A DNA stretch of 64,000 nucleotides, taken from Octopus bimaculoides. Lineage: Eukaryota. Under the pieces are notes generated by a model. That model saw only the letters and a list, made by a program, of their open reading frames with translations. It searched no databases and was not told where the DNA came from. The DNA is taken from positions 66,745,218-66,809,217 of the forward strand of contig NC_068990.1 in NCBI RefSeq assembly GCF_001194135.2, given 5' to 3'. Position 1 is the stretch's first letter; each line of letters starts with the position of its first letter. This document shows, one piece after another, positions 39,816-53,849 of the stretch. Position numbers and translations under genes: made by a program.

Positions 39816-41649
39816 TCGGATTTAATCACCGTAACGCAGTTTTCAACGAAATCACATACTTGGAATTAATGTGTAATTTCTGCTGTAGATGGTGACGTCG
39901 AATGAATTTTTGTTATCGCATTCGTTTCTTTCAATCATTTGTAAAGAAATTTATTTGTATTTGATAATATATTTTTTCATTAATTTAAATAAAATTTACT
40001 GATGAAATAGCTGCAGAAAATTAGAATATAATTCTATTTTCCGAACAGTTTTTTTTTTCTCTATTATTTCTTCAAAGTTAACAATCTTAACACATCAATA
40101 AGAAATAAACAAACAGCTTAGAATTAAAGATAAATGATAGATATGTAAATATATAATAAATAAGCAAACATATAAAGAGGTAAAATAAGTACAAAAATAA
40201 GTAAATAAATATCAAAGTAAAGAAACACGAAGATACTTAAGAATTGTTGAAAGAAAATAAGGAAATATATTTTGAAGATAAATTTAAATGTAAATAAATG
40301 CGAAGTACAGCGTAAAATAGGTAAAACCGCCAAGAAAATGATTGTCAGCAGAAATAAGGTTAGACAATGTGACATTGTTTTAAAAGGGAAAAGACTGTTT
40401 GTAGCTTCATAATCAATATTTCAAGGAGATTTTAAATATATGAAACAAATTATTCGCTGAGAATACATTTTATTTGAGTTGATTTTCTTTTGTTCGTTCT
40501 TTCATTCTATCATGAGATCACTCTTTTACTTTCGTGCGCACCATATGTGTTTGTGTGTAACTATGTAAATCTATTTTCTGTATTAATACTTTATGTTTTG
40601 CTTGTATGTGTATATATATTTGTGTGTTTACGTTAGTTGTCGTGTCTTTTGTACACTGTTCTATTTTTGTTGTTGTTTAATTGAAGACAATAACTATTGT
40701 TCCTAATCTATGTGTATATGTGCGTGAGCAGCTGTGTAAGTATGCGTGTAGTATAAAATAATAAAATGTGCGTGTATGCGTGGTATAAAATACCTGTGTT
40801 GGTGTAATGTATGTAGCATAAAATGTATGTGCTTGTGTGTTTTACTTCTCTCAGTCACAATTTCGTCTTGATGTCACTTAAGACCAAGGACAACCCTGAC
40901 TGAAAAGACCTACAGTAAAAGGTTTTTCAGTTCTGGTCATCCACCATTTTAGACCCCAACCAGATGCCACTGTTGCGGTACTGTCTATGACAGACCAAAA
41001 CGGGTGAGTGATGTCGGATTAAAAGTATATATTCAAATTTGAAAACGGGCTCGAAATTGTTTGTTGTTCCCCCCCCCCAAAAAAAAAACCCGGTAATATT
41101 CACTATAAAATACCTTTAATTTGATTTAAACTTAGTGGTGACAGTAAAGACAGGTTTTATTGGCATAAATCTTCCAAGAATTGCAATAGTTTCTCAGAAC
41201 TTGTTGACGCTACCAAGAGAAATAGATATTCAAATTACTAGCTTAGAACAAGAGATCTTTGTAGGAGCAGTTGATACATTTGCGAGAGATGAATTCTTAA
41301 GATATTTGTGAATACCGACACAAACAATTATTCTTGGATGTTATTACTATTATTAACGATGCAAGCTCTCAGCAGTTTCTTGAAATCAGCATTCTCTACT
41401 CTAGAAGTGTGGAGTTGACATCTCTATGGAATTCACATCCGTTCACATTACCACATCACTATAAGCGACAAATGATTCTATTATTCCTCTATATGTATTA
41501 TAAGGCAGGGGAAACAATTGCATCGTTGCATGAATATATCAATCAAAATGTGTGAACTGCCAAACTCGACTGACTTCAGATGATCCCGACAGTTTATGGC
41601 TTATGATCCAATGCCTAAATAACATCAACTATACCAGTGTGATCTAATG

Positions 41650-41810
41650 CTTAGGGTCGTTGTTTGGATACCTAGACCCGACGATGCGTTCTATCATTGA
41701 GCAAAAACACTTCATTTCACTTTGCTCCAGTGTAATCAGCCGGCAACAATGAGTAACACTGCAACGGAGTAGTGTCCTGTTCATGAGGAATGTTGTAGAG
41801 TCAGTTACTT
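41650..41810 (+). mobile_element. Degraded SINE family C 5' part
   Basis: cattgagcaaaaacacttcatttcactttgctccagtgtaatcagc (CORE-like segment). Confidence 0.55.
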
Positions 41811-41869
41811 ATAAACCAGCCTTATGAATTTTGGGACTCGAGATAGTAATGTCTAAGTTTTGATGATGG

Positions 41870-41912
<43 letters not shown>

Positions 41913-43589
41913 AAGGCGGAGGAAGAGGACGACGACTATGACAATGAGGCATCACCTAAAACTATAACCATTGCCAATAGCAACAATATGTAACATCCTG
42001 CAAGAATTAGCAATATTTATCTAACAACGCATATAAAACTAAGAAATGAAATAATATTTGCAATATATAGCAAGCAGACACTTTGTTTATTTTTCATTCT
42101 CTGTTCGAGTTCTGAAAAATAATTATCGATATTTATTTACTTACAGCTGTTCTGCTACACGCAATTGGTCACTTATTTAAGTGGAATGCATAGTCGAGAA
42201 ACCCAACCCTAGTGCCAGATATTACACTAGCTCATATTTTACCTTGCTGGGAAGGATGAAAGCGCAAGTTAACATTAGCAAGATTTAGACTAAAGGAAAT
42301 AACTAAGTGTTCCCTATGGAATTATGTTCACTACTTTGTCTATTAAAAGCAGTAGTTTTATTTAATCTCTAAAACTGTCAGTAGTCCCTTATATATACTG
42401 GGGTAGGTTAAAAACTCTCTAGATACTGCGAGATACCGACTTCTTTTGTTACAGTCACCTTTTGCAAACTATATATCCGAATTCTCTGTGAATATCTTAG
42501 TTCGTGGTTAAACTGCGAAGTCTTCAACATTCTGAAAAGAGTAGTCTGTTAGCTCTGTAGAAACTTACAGTGTGGATTTGGCTAATAGTCTATCACAGAC
42601 GTTCTCAGTTGGGGTACTGTGTCACTCTGGGATATCTAGAATATTAAATACTTTTTCTGTTCTCTATACACAGAAAACACGTATAAGATTAGAAGGAAAA
42701 ACGAACGTTATAAACTAATTAATCTTTTTCTTTATATTAAATATTTACTGATCAAATGAATTGAAAGAGTAAAAGTTATCACCTTTGAACTATGATTTCT
42801 ATGAAATTCTGTTAACATTTTGAAACAATCAATTTAATGAATATTTTCTTGGTGTTTTTGTTGTTTGCATTTCATTTTGAAGTTCACTCAAAATGAATAA
42901 GTTTGTAAAGGGCGATTCGTAGCTGACGGCAGAACGCACAGTCAAAGTGAAGTAATAGTTAACCTATAAAGACTAGTAAATAAATATTATAACTTAGTGG
43001 AGAAGAATAATTAGGAGTGTGTCAACGAGAACTGGCAGTCTCAAGAACTCGAAAACTACACGTACGGCCTGAGAGAGTAGACAGTATTTTGAATCATATA
43101 TCAGTCGATTTTCCTTTGTATGGACAAAAAAAAATACCGCGAAAAGGAAGCTAGAAATGGTGAACCGGCACCCTGACGCCGCTTGCTCTTTTTTGCATGC
43201 CATCGACGACGACGGCGATACCTATTCATTCTGCCGGTTGTCATATGCTTCTCTCAAAACGTAAGCTATGCGAATGTAAGCTCATATCGTAAAAGAATGT
43301 TGAAACCGCGAATAGCTCAGGAACTGGACCTAATCTTCGTGGCCATATCCCTTGCCATGAGAACTGTGGCTATTATCAATCGTCTGTGTGAAGAAATTGA
43401 GTTATGAAGCAAGAGTTCAAAGTGTATTAAAATAGCAGTTTACTAGTAAACACTTTGCATGTAAATCATGTTGACTGTGTCAAAAATAATGTTCTATTCC
43501 AAAAGACGTCAGGAGTAAAGAAAGTGTTCTGGCTGCTGGCTATGTTGCTTCAGGAAAGATTTCCAGGACTCAAAAAACTCGTGGCGGGG

Positions 43590-44346
43590 GTGTGGACACT
43601 CATGTATGGATGAAGAGCTCAGGATTGAAGGCTGAAACCGAAGGTTTTATCATAGCAGCACAAGATCAAAGTTTGGCAACCAGGGCTTACCACTACAAAA
43701 TAATGAACGGTGGCACTGGATGAAACAGTTGACCACATCTTAACTGGATGCACAGCGCTTGCAAAAACCGAATATATTCATAGACACAATAGAGTAGCGC
43801 AATATATCCATTGGAAGATATGTAAACACTACCAACTTCCAACTTCAGAAAGATGGTACCAGCATAAACCTGAAACTGTCACCAGAAAAGATGATTTAAC
43901 AGAACTCTGGGACATGCCAATCAATACTGATAAAGAAATCAAGGCAAACACGCCGGACATAATCATCAAAGATGGGAAGAATAAGAAATGCTTAATAATA
44001 GATGTGACAGTACCATCAGTGAGAAATGTGTTCATTAAAGAAGTTGAGAAGTTATTTAAGTACAAAGACCTAGAAATAGAAGTGACTAAGACGTGGGGAA
44101 TGAAAAGCAGCACAGCACCAGTGGTGATTGGAGAGTTAATGCTAATTAAAAAGAGTCTTGATAAGCAGCTCAACAATCTCCCTTGTAGTGTTACCGTGGG
44201 AGAACTTTAAAAAATAGTGTTGCTAGGTTCCGCACACATTTTACGCCGTGTACTCTCCATCAGATGAGGACCTGCTGTGACCCTAGGGACAAGAGACGAC
44301 CTCGGTTCTGCAGAAGATAACGGATCATATTTTATTTTAAAATGGT
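43590..44346 (+). mobile_element. Dong/R4-clade non-LTR retrotransposon 3' end (zinc finger plus RLE), followed by (TAA)n
   Basis: SSGLKAETEGFIIAAQDQSLATR, ETVDHILTGCTALAKTEYIHRHNRVAQYIHW, PDIIIKD..CLIIDVTVP..EVEKLFKYKDLEIE, LLGSAHILRRVLS; short 3' UTR then TAA repeats from 44346. Confidence 0.9.
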
Positions 44347-44392
44347 AATAATAATAATAATAATTATAATTATAATTATAATTATAATAATG

Positions 44393-44765
44393 GTTTCAAA
44401 TTTTGGCAAAAGGCCAGCAATTTTAAGGTGGTACTAGTCGATTCCATTGCCCCAGTATTTGGCTGGCACTTATTTTATCGCCCCTTAAATGATGAAAGGC
44501 AAAGTTGACCTCGTCAGTAATAATATTTATAACTATAATTTCAGATTTAGACACAAGTTCAAAAAGTTGTGAGGCGAAGATGTGAGCAGTCAATGCTATA
44601 TACTACAGCAGTTAAATGATACTTTATGTTATTAACCCCAAAAGATATGAAAAGCAAAGATTGCTGCGATGAGATTTGAACTCAGAACGTAGGAACCCGA
44701 AACTAATCCACAAATTGCCTTTGTTATTTTCTTTCTGACTCTAACAAGTCTATCAATCTACCGAC
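44393..44765 (-). mobile_element. Two degraded SINE family A copies
   Basis: tttcaaattttggcaaaaggcc...gatgaaaggcaaagttgacctc and a second copy ending gaactcagaacgtagg... Confidence 0.7.
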
Positions 44766-45831
44766 AATCAGACTGTAGTTTCAACCGAATATACAGTTTA
44801 GGTTTCTTTAGAATTCTAGTCAGATTTTTAAACACATTCTTATTCAATTTTCGATAATGTGTGTAATAAATATGACTGCTTGAAAGGTGAGCTAGTTACA
44901 TTGATGTGTAGTGGTGACCATTTGAGTTGAAATGTAATAAATTGGTTTGGGGTTCGATAGTGAACCAGCAGATATGTTTCACTCGTTTATTCCTTACTTT
45001 CAACCTTCCTACATTCTTTTTCTCCATTTTTGTCCTCTTATTCACTCTCTTTATTTAACGTTTTCTCTTTTGAGTTTCAACAAAATTTCTTTTGTAATAC
45101 GTTTTCTCACTTCGTTATTCTCAATGTTTTGGTCTCTCCTTCACTTTCTCTCTCTCTTTCTTTCACCTTCTCCTCTTCTCCATCATCCACTTTCTTTCTC
45201 TCTCTCTTGTTCTCTCTGCTTCAACGTATCTCCTCTTTCCTTCTACTTCACTTTGACATCCTCTCTGTCTTTCCACAGTGGATAACCACTCGCACACACA
45301 TAAACACTCACACATACTCTCTCATACTCTCATATACTCACATACTCTCTCATATACTCACACAGCATACAACAGAATCCCACGCTTATACATTTAAAAG
45401 TACAAATGAAATAAAGAAATACAAGCATAAATGCATGCACAAACACTCACACAAACACACATAACACAATATTCCGGTGTTAGAGACACTACTTAAAATA
45501 CATGTAAAATAAAGAAAATAATAAATCGCCGTTTGCACTAATGTATTGTAAAATGTATTAAACTAAGTGGTCTGTTTAAGTCATAATCTCATATAAAGTA
45601 ATGGAAACTAATTGAGGAAACCCGTGTCCATTATACAGGAACAAACTATATTTAATATCGACCTATATTAGAAGACATTGTATTTTTTTTAAAGTTTAGT
45701 CTTCAGAGAAAGTCGTACCCATAATCCTTTACAGGGCTTTCAGCCGGGTGAGAAACGGAGAGGAAAGTATTCCCTAGCCAGAAAACTGGCCTTAATAGAA
45801 GCACTTAACATATCAGATCGTGATATGAAAT

Positions 45832-46522
45832 GAGACGTCGTCCGTCTTTACGTTCTGAGTTCAAATGCCGGCGGCTTTGACTTTCATCACTTTCGGGGGA
45901 AATAAAACTCCACCGGGGTCGACTTTGCCTTTCATCCTTTCAAGGTCGATTAAATGAGTCCCAGTTGAGCACTGGGGTCGATGTAATCAACTTACCCACT
46001 TCCCCGAAATTGCTCGCCTTGTACCAAAATTTAAAACCGATATTAAACAAGAGACGAAGGTGGAGATCTGGCAGAATCATTAGCATGCCGGACGAAATGC
46101 ATAGCGCTTTTTCGCCTGTCTTTACGTTCTGAGTTCTGAGGTCGACTTTGCCTTTCATCCTTTCGGGTTCGATAAATTAAGTACCAACTGCGCACTGGGG
46201 TCGATCTAATCGATTGGCCCCCTTCCCCAAAATGTCTAGTCTTGTGCCTAGAGTAGAAAAGAATCGTTAACACGCAGGGCAAAATGCGTAGTGGCATTTA
46301 TTCCGGCTTTACGTTCTGAGTTCAAATGACACCGGGGTTGACTTCGTCTTCCATCCTTTTCAGGATCGATAAAATTCCACCGAAGTTAACTTTAGCTTTC
46401 ATCCTTTCAGGGTCTACAAAATAAGTACCGGTTGAACACTGAGGTGGATGTGATCAACTTACTCCCTCCCACGAAACTGCCAGCCTTGGGTCAAATTTGA
46501 AACTAATATTAAACAAGAGACA
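45832..46522 (+). mobile_element. Head-to-tail trimer of SINE family A
   Basis: Units at about 45832-46040, 46058-46262 and 46263-46505; units 1 and 3 share an internal duplication and the 3' flank tattaaacaagagac. Confidence 0.9.
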
Positions 46523-47139
46523 GTTTCATATTATGGATAACACTCCAGTATATGTATGCACGCGCGTGAGTGCATATGCGCGCACAGTTGTGTATGCAGG
46601 ATATATATTCATTACTTATTATAGCCAATTTAATAAACTGCGTATAAGTCTGGCACAAGTCCATGACTAATATGAGTAGAAAATGTAGTCACTTTAATCG
46701 ATCCCAGTTCAAGATGGATGTTTGTTCCTTCGATTACAGCAATATCAAAAGTAAAGATGGCTTCGGTATATGCAGGCAACTAAATACTTTAAGATGTTTT
46801 ATGATTCTGCCACCCACTGTTATTAGAGTCAATATAACTCATAAAAATATCTTTAGAAACAAATGTTATTTGGAACTTAATATATGGATGTATGCGGGGG
46901 ATATAGCAAGACGTTCAAAGATATTGCGTGGTATCTAAGAAATTAAAATATTGTGGGAGGTATACAACAAGATAAGGATATGTTTTGTTCTGGTTTTAGT
47001 TGGGGTTTTTTTTCCATTTTGAATGCATACTTCGGAGTCACTGTCACATTAACTACAGCTGGTCTACGTCTTTTAACTACATGATTGATAACATTTAAGA
47101 AGATATTAAATGAAAATGCAATCGATATTATAAATGATA

Positions 47140-47480
47140 TTATAATGATAATAGTAATATTAATTTATTATTTTTGCTGTTTTTGTTGTTATCAATATTA
47201 ATAATAGCAACAACACCAGTAGGAGTAAGATATCAAATCATAGTATAATATCATTAGTCATAATTATATAAAATGTTATGACGATAGTGAGGAGAGTATT
47301 AATGATGACGATGATGTTGATGATGATGGTGAGGAGAATAAGAGTGGTGGTAGCTGTGGTGGTGGCAGCGATGATGATGATGATAATGATAATGATGAAA
47401 ATTGTTGTTGTCGTCATCATCACCATCATCATCATCGTCGTCGTCGTTGTTGTTGCTGTTGTTATTGTTATTATTATTAT
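47140..47480. repeat. Mixed trinucleotide low-complexity tract (GAT/TAA/TGG/TCG/TGT)
   Basis: Directly visible. Confidence 0.85.
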
Positions 47481-47975
47481 TATTTCTACATATTCGCATT
47501 ATGTTTTTTCATTATTTGCTTTGTTACTTTTTAAATCGTATTTTACCTCCCGTTGTATATTATGAACAAATATAATAAGTTGATAAGAATTTGTTTATAA
47601 TCCAAGAAAGATTAGTGGTTTCTTCATAATTTTTTTGTTATACCTTCTATGAATATTTCACATTAATCAGTAATGTTTTGTGATTATACAAAACTTAGTC
47701 ATATTTGAAATGACGGTCTGTCTGGTTAAACTGGAAGAGGCTTTGATAAAAAGAATTAAAGAACATCAACGACGACTCTGGACTCGTGTGTTCTGAATTT
47801 TAGATGAAACATTGTTTATTTACTTTTTTGTTTGGGTGGGTAGCAGTAAGATAACCAGACTTGTACTTCTCAAGCAAATGTCTGGTTTGTGATTTATCTG
47901 TATATTGTATGTTTACTTGCCTAATATGATGTGTCTGTATATACTTGCTAAGCTATTGCAATGCTACGTATTCTA

Positions 47976-48822
47976 CCAATGTGTCAAGGTATCGATATGC
48001 CAATGAGTCAATGTATCTATATATCTTATGTATCTATTTGTTGATGTGCCAATGTGTTGATGCGTTGCTGGGTCAGTGTTGATGTGTCAATGTGTTGATA
48101 TGTCAGTTTGTCTATATGTCCATGTGCCGATGAGTCAACGTGTCAACGTGAAAGTGTGTCAATATATCAATATGTCAATGTAATATGTTAGTTTGTCTGT
48201 GTATCTATGTGTTGACATGTTACTGTATCTGATTCAATATGAGAGTGTGCTGATGTGTCGATGTGCCAATGTGTCGATATGTCAATGAGTCAATGTGTCT
48301 ATGTATCTGTGTATGAATTCGCCGTGTTAATGTTTTGACGTGTCAGTGTGTCAGTGTGTCAATATGTCAAGTTGTCCATATGCCGATGAGTCAATGTGTC
48401 AAAATGTCAACGTGTCAATATATCGACATGTCAGTGCATTGATCTGTCAATTCGTCTGTATCAATGTGTTGGCGTGTTACTATGTCTGTTTCAATGTGAC
48501 ACTCTGACGATGTGCTACTGTGTTGATGTGTTAATGTGTCGATTAGTCAATGTGTCAATGCATTTATATATCTATGTATCAATTTGTCGATGCATCAATG
48601 TGTTGATATGTTGGTGGGTCAATGTGTTGTCATGTCAATGTATCGATATGTCAGTCTGTGTCTATGTACCGATAAGTCGATTGTCAACGTGGCAAAGTGT
48701 CAATATATCGATCTGTCAATTTGTCTATGTCAATGTGTTGACGTGTCACTGTGTTTCTGTGGCGGTGTGACGATGTGCCAAAATGTCGATTTGTTAATGT
48801 GCTAATATTTCTATATGTCAAG
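47976..48822. repeat. Degenerate 8-bp satellite (consensus near TGTCAATG/ATGTGTCA) with about 256-286 bp higher-order units
   Basis: Anchors ccgatgagtc/ccgataagtc at 48127, 48383, 48669 and gtcaatatatc at 48158, 48414, 48699. Confidence 0.85.
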
Positions 48823-49227
48823 GCATTTATATATTAATCATTACTGTTTAGTCAGGAATCAGCGGTAACCGAGGACTCGGATCAAAACTTTTTAGCTATG
48901 ACATCTTTTCAGGTATATATCTAGTACTACATCATAAATTATATCTTTCTTTTTTAAAACACATTAGTATGTGTTGTGAAAGATATTTATCTGCTATTGG
49001 TTGGGTTATACCTCTGATCAAATATATCCCCACCAATATTTCCGGCATGATCTTGCACCTTTGTGCATATATTAGCGTGTTTGTATTTCTGTGCTGTTAT
49101 TTATGTGTCGATGAGCGCATCTTAGCGTCAGTGGACTCGTTTTAAAGGACTGATCTAATGTGTGTTTTTGTTAGTCTGTGCACGAGCATATTCTCACATA
49201 TTCAGGTGTACGTCTAATATTGTTACG

Positions 49228-49410
49228 GGAGAAATGCTTAGCAGTATTTCGTCCGTCTTTATGTTCTGAGTTCAAATTCCGCCGAGGTTGACTTTGCTTT
49301 TAATCCTTTCGAGATTGATAAAATAAGTATCAGTTGAGCACTGGAGTCGATGTAATCGATTTACACCCTCCCACCAAATTTCAGGCCTTGTACTTATAAC
49401 AGAAAAGATT
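49228..49410 (+). mobile_element. SINE family A copy
   Basis: aaatgcttagcagtatttcgtccgtctttatgttctgagttcaaattccgccgagg...tttcaggccttgtac. Confidence 0.9.
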
Positions 49411-51020
49411 ATTGTTGTTGTTTTTGTTGTTTTTGTTGTTATTATTATTAATATTCATTACTATTTCTTACTAAACATGACATGAGGTGATAAAACAAGG
49501 ATCCTCGCAGATGGACTACAATAGCTCAGTATAAAACCAGTGAAGAAGAGCATGCTATATTTGATAAAATTCGAAGATTTACATACAGACAATCATAGTC
49601 AGCTAATAGGGTACAAAGATGATTTTATTGTCAAACCGGAAACCTAGAATCGAATGCTTGCGACATGGTAATTCTGCTAAAGATACCCAAGGTACTACGT
49701 GATGTATTAAACTTGGTAATGGATTCGGCCTACGTCCAAAGTAGGTAACAACGGGATATAAATAAAGAACCGGAATAAATACAACCAGGCATCCAGTCCG
49801 ATGTCCTCAGAATCCTGCTAACCCAATCTCCTAGATTTGCACATTTTATCAAGTGCGAAACGATGAAACGCGAACTTGACTTCGTCAGCGTTTGAAATCA
49901 GAGCGACGAGGGTAAGGAGTCGTGTTGCATGTGGATATTAATTTGCGTGTTAGTACATAACATACAAACACACACACATACACGCACGCATGCAAACACA
50001 AACACTCTCACACACACATATATAGATATATGTGTATGCATATATATATATATATATANNNNNNNNNNCCATATATATATATATGTACATACATACATCG
50101 ATATACATACACACCCACATATATACACATGAATATATGCATATATATATATATATATGTGAGAAAGTTGGTATGTGAAAGCACGTGGTTGGATGTATAA
50201 AAGATAATAAGAGTGAAAAAACTACAGAAGGCTTGTTACATGGTTAAAGTATATATTTAAATTATGTCAGAAAAATGTAAGAAAAATGTTAGAAAAATGT
50301 TATAAAATCTTTTTGGTATATAAACATTGTATTTTGAGAAATAACCGGTTTCGTGTTGTCTTTTCAAATTTCTCTACTTCATTGAATCGTGTTATATATA
50401 TATATATACATACATACATACATACATACATACATACATGCATATATATTTGCATACATATGATAATTAGGGTGCAAACGTCGGTCTGTAGGTGTTTCGT
50501 CTAATAAAAGCCCGAAAAATCGGTTATCTAAATTAATCACTAATCGTTTCGTTTCCAGTATCCAACAGCGGATTTAGTTGACATAGACTAGAATCAAATT
50601 GCATTTCCTATTCTACGAGAAAGAAGAAAAATTCACTTAACGTTGTTCAGCAATGCATCATCATACTGGTATCTGGAGCGACCACGTCCGAGTAAGATTA
50701 GCGTTACCGTGTAAGTGAATGATTAGGTGCACATACAATTGAAACCAAGGACCAGTTCATATCAGCAATTAGCCTTCTTCTTGGAGAAGAAAAAATGTAA
50801 TCCAGTGGAAGAACTGTTTATGTGTTTGATATTGTGTTGTAATTGGGTGGCATCAGCAGCTTTTGTAATGAGATTGGCTGTATAATTGGAACGAAATTAA
50901 ACGAAATAGCTTAGTTGTTTGTTATGCAGCAGTTATGGTAGCTGAAATGCAGTGTGCCGTAAATGGATGACATTCGTGTTATTTATTAATTTATGTATAC
51001 ATACAGGGATAGATACATGT

Positions 51021-51068
<48 letters not shown>

Positions 51069-51294
51069 ATACATACATACATACATACATACATACATGT
51101 ATATATATATATATACATATATATATACTTACATATATACATATATATATATATATCATATGCGCGATCGACTGAACGCACATTGTATTAGGCTGGATTT
51201 AAAAGTATTTAATAACAATATAGCTCGGCTGCACGTTATTTACTTAGGGCTACACACACACACACACATGTATGTGTATACGTTTATGTGTTGA

Positions 51295-51338
<44 letters not shown>

Positions 51339-51347
51339 GTATGTATA

Positions 51348-51381
<34 letters not shown>

Positions 51382-52112
51382 GGTGTACAAATCTACATCG
51401 GTTGTCAAGAGCTATCCAACAGACATACACACACATGTGAATACATATAATATACCTATGTCCGGATGGTTTCCACACACTTATCGTCAACAAAATTGAC
51501 TCAAAAAGTATTTGTCAACCCGGTATTACAACAAAAAGAAACGTCTCCGAACTGCTACGCCGTTATACTGAACCCAAAACCATGCGTTTGGCCAGTGAAC
51601 GTCATGACTATACAAGTTAAAATTATGTCATGAAGCTCATTAGCGTATGGCTAGCAGAAACAACCGTAGATGCCTATACATGCATGATTCATGTTGATGT
51701 GTATAACTATATATGATTCAATTACATTGATTGAATAACTTCATTTATGCGTTCGGGAATTTGGTTGACAGCCTAGGATTTGCGTTTTCATTTTCCTCTC
51801 CTATATATATATATATATATATATAAAAACAAAAGTAAATGAGTATATGCATATATACGTACAGGTATGTGCATACCGACATCCACCTGTATGTATAGGT
51901 GCATATCTGGGTACAGGACATTGCAAACAAACGTAGACGAGAACACACGAGCCACATAGAGAACATTCTACTTCATCAGCTACCCACGTTTTAACACCGG
52001 CGTTTCGACGAGCTTCGGGCAGGACGCAACGTTAAAACGGCTCGTCCCATGGATCGCAGATTAAATCTGTATACGCAAATTAAATCTAGCCATGGAGGAA
52101 TGTAGTGGCGGA

Positions 52113-52950
52113 NNNNNNNNNNNNNNNNNNNNNNNNNNNNNNNNNNNNNNNNNNNNNNNNNNNNNNNNNNNNNNNNNNNNNNNNNNNNNNNNNNNNNNNN
52201 NNNNNNNNNNNNNNNNNNNNNNNNNNNNNNNNNNNNNNNNNNNNNNNNNNNNNNNNNNNNNNNNNNNNNNNNNNNNNNNNNNNNNNNNNNNNNNNNNNNN
52301 NNNNNNNNNNNNNNNNNNNNNNNNNNNNNNNNNNNNNNNNNNNNNNNNNNNNNNNNNNNNNNNNNNNNNNNNNNNNNNNNNNNNNNNNNNNNNNNNNNNN
52401 NNNNNNNNNNNNNNNNNNNNNNNNNNNNNNNNNNNNNNNNNNNNNNNNNNNNNNNNNNNNNNNNNNNNNNNNNNNNNNNNNNNNNNNNNNNNNNNNNNNN
52501 NNNNNNNNNNNNNNNNNNNNNNNNNNNNNNNNNNNNNNNNNNNNNNNNNNNNNNNNNNNNNNNNNNNNNNNNNNNNNNNNNNNNNNNNNNNNNNNNNNNN
52601 NNNNNNNNNNNNNNNNNNNNNNNNNNNNNNNNNNNNNNNNNNNNNNNNNNNNNNNNNNNNNNNNNNNNNNNNNNNNNNNNNNNNNNNNNNNNNNNNNNNN
52701 NNNNNNNNNNNNNNNNNNNNNNNNNNNNNNNNNNNNNNNNNNNNNNNNNNNNNNNNNNNNNNNNNNNNNNNNNNNNNNNNNNNNNNNNNNNNNNNNNNNN
52801 NNNNNNNNNNNNNNNNNNNNNNNNNNNNNNNNNNNNNNNNNNNNNNNNNNNNNNNNNNNNNNNNNNNNNNNNNNNNNNNNNNNNNNNNNNNNNNNNNNNN
52901 NNNNNNNNNNNNNNNNNNNNNNNNNNNNNNNNNNNNNNNNNNNNNNNNNN
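52113..52950. other. Largest assembly gap (other long gaps at about 13220-13436, 19068-19581, 32577-32942, 56474-56738, 57395-57727, 60336-60899, 63394-63919)
   Basis: N runs, mostly flanked by microsatellites. Confidence 0.98.
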
Positions 52951-53197
52951 TATGTATGTATGTATGTATGTATGTATGTATGTATGTATATATAGTGATG
53001 GCTGATAGTCAACTTAATGTGGGAATCCCAGGAAAGGGATGAATGCTACTGCTATTTAGCCCCAAGAAACACCGTTTCTAGTTGACTACGCGACACAAAC
53101 GTTCTGTGTCTTTAAGTTTTCAAACAGAGGAGATAAGCACCTCCACCCAACAAAGCCAGCTGTAAATTTTAATTCCTTTTTTTTTTTGCATTAAACC

Positions 53198-53231
<34 letters not shown>

Positions 53232-53547
53232 AGTGTATATGTTCATATGTATCTGTTATTATGTATTATGTTCCGTAAAAGTCGTTGTATATTTAAAAGA
53301 GATTTGTAGGATATAACCAATATTTTACTGATATATTTTTTAATAAATTACATTCAGTACTTCTTGCTTATTCAAATGAATTTACTGAAAACAGATGAAT
53401 CTTCACGATTAATATTATTACAGATTAATGGTGGGATTTTGTCTATAATAAGATCAGTTTCTTACTTCCTTATTTACTTATCATTAATTCTAATTACCAA
53501 TACAGTGATTTTATTAAATTATTTTTGTGTATTATTATGCAACTGGA

Positions 53548-53775
53548 ACAAGTCAGTGAGCTGGTTGAATCGTTATTGCGCCGGACAAAATGCTTAGTTT
53601 CATTTATTCCAGTTATTTAGGTTTTGAGTTCAAATTCCACCTATGTTTTTCATACTTCCAGATTCAACATTGCTTTTCATCTCTCCGGGGTCGACAAAAT
53701 ATGTACCAGTTGGGGACAGGGCTCAATGCAATCGACTTCTCCTCCACTCGAAATTGCAAGCCTTGTGCCAAATTT
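53548..53775 (+). mobile_element. SINE family A copy
   Basis: gtgagctggttgaatcgtt...gagttcaaattccac...ccttgtgccaaattt. Confidence 0.8.
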
Positions 53776-53849
53776 AGGATGAAGTATGAGAGGTAACTCG
53801 GGAAGTATACTGTTGCCACCATGGATATAACATCAGGAAATAGAATATA

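Noticed and set aside
40878-40937. Hairpin actgaaaagacct/aggtttttcagt as a possible pre-miRNA
   Set aside because: Stem is too short and bulged for a canonical precursor; no expression evidence.
42558-42640. Minus-strand AG...GTAAGT exon-like interval
   Set aside because: All three frames contain stops; no support as a coding exon.
43000-43590. Higher-GC stretch with ORF 43183-43407 upstream of the Dong fragment
   Set aside because: No recognisable motif and no consistent frame; cannot be supported as gene or element.
45700-45830. GC-richer 130-bp stretch superficially resembling a snRNA or ribozyme
   Set aside because: No U2, hammerhead or other motif could be aligned; only a 5-bp hairpin.
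45832-48822. Regularly spaced repeats as a possible CRISPR array
   Set aside because: Eukaryotic context; repeats are SINE copies or a degenerate satellite, without unique spacers or cas genes.
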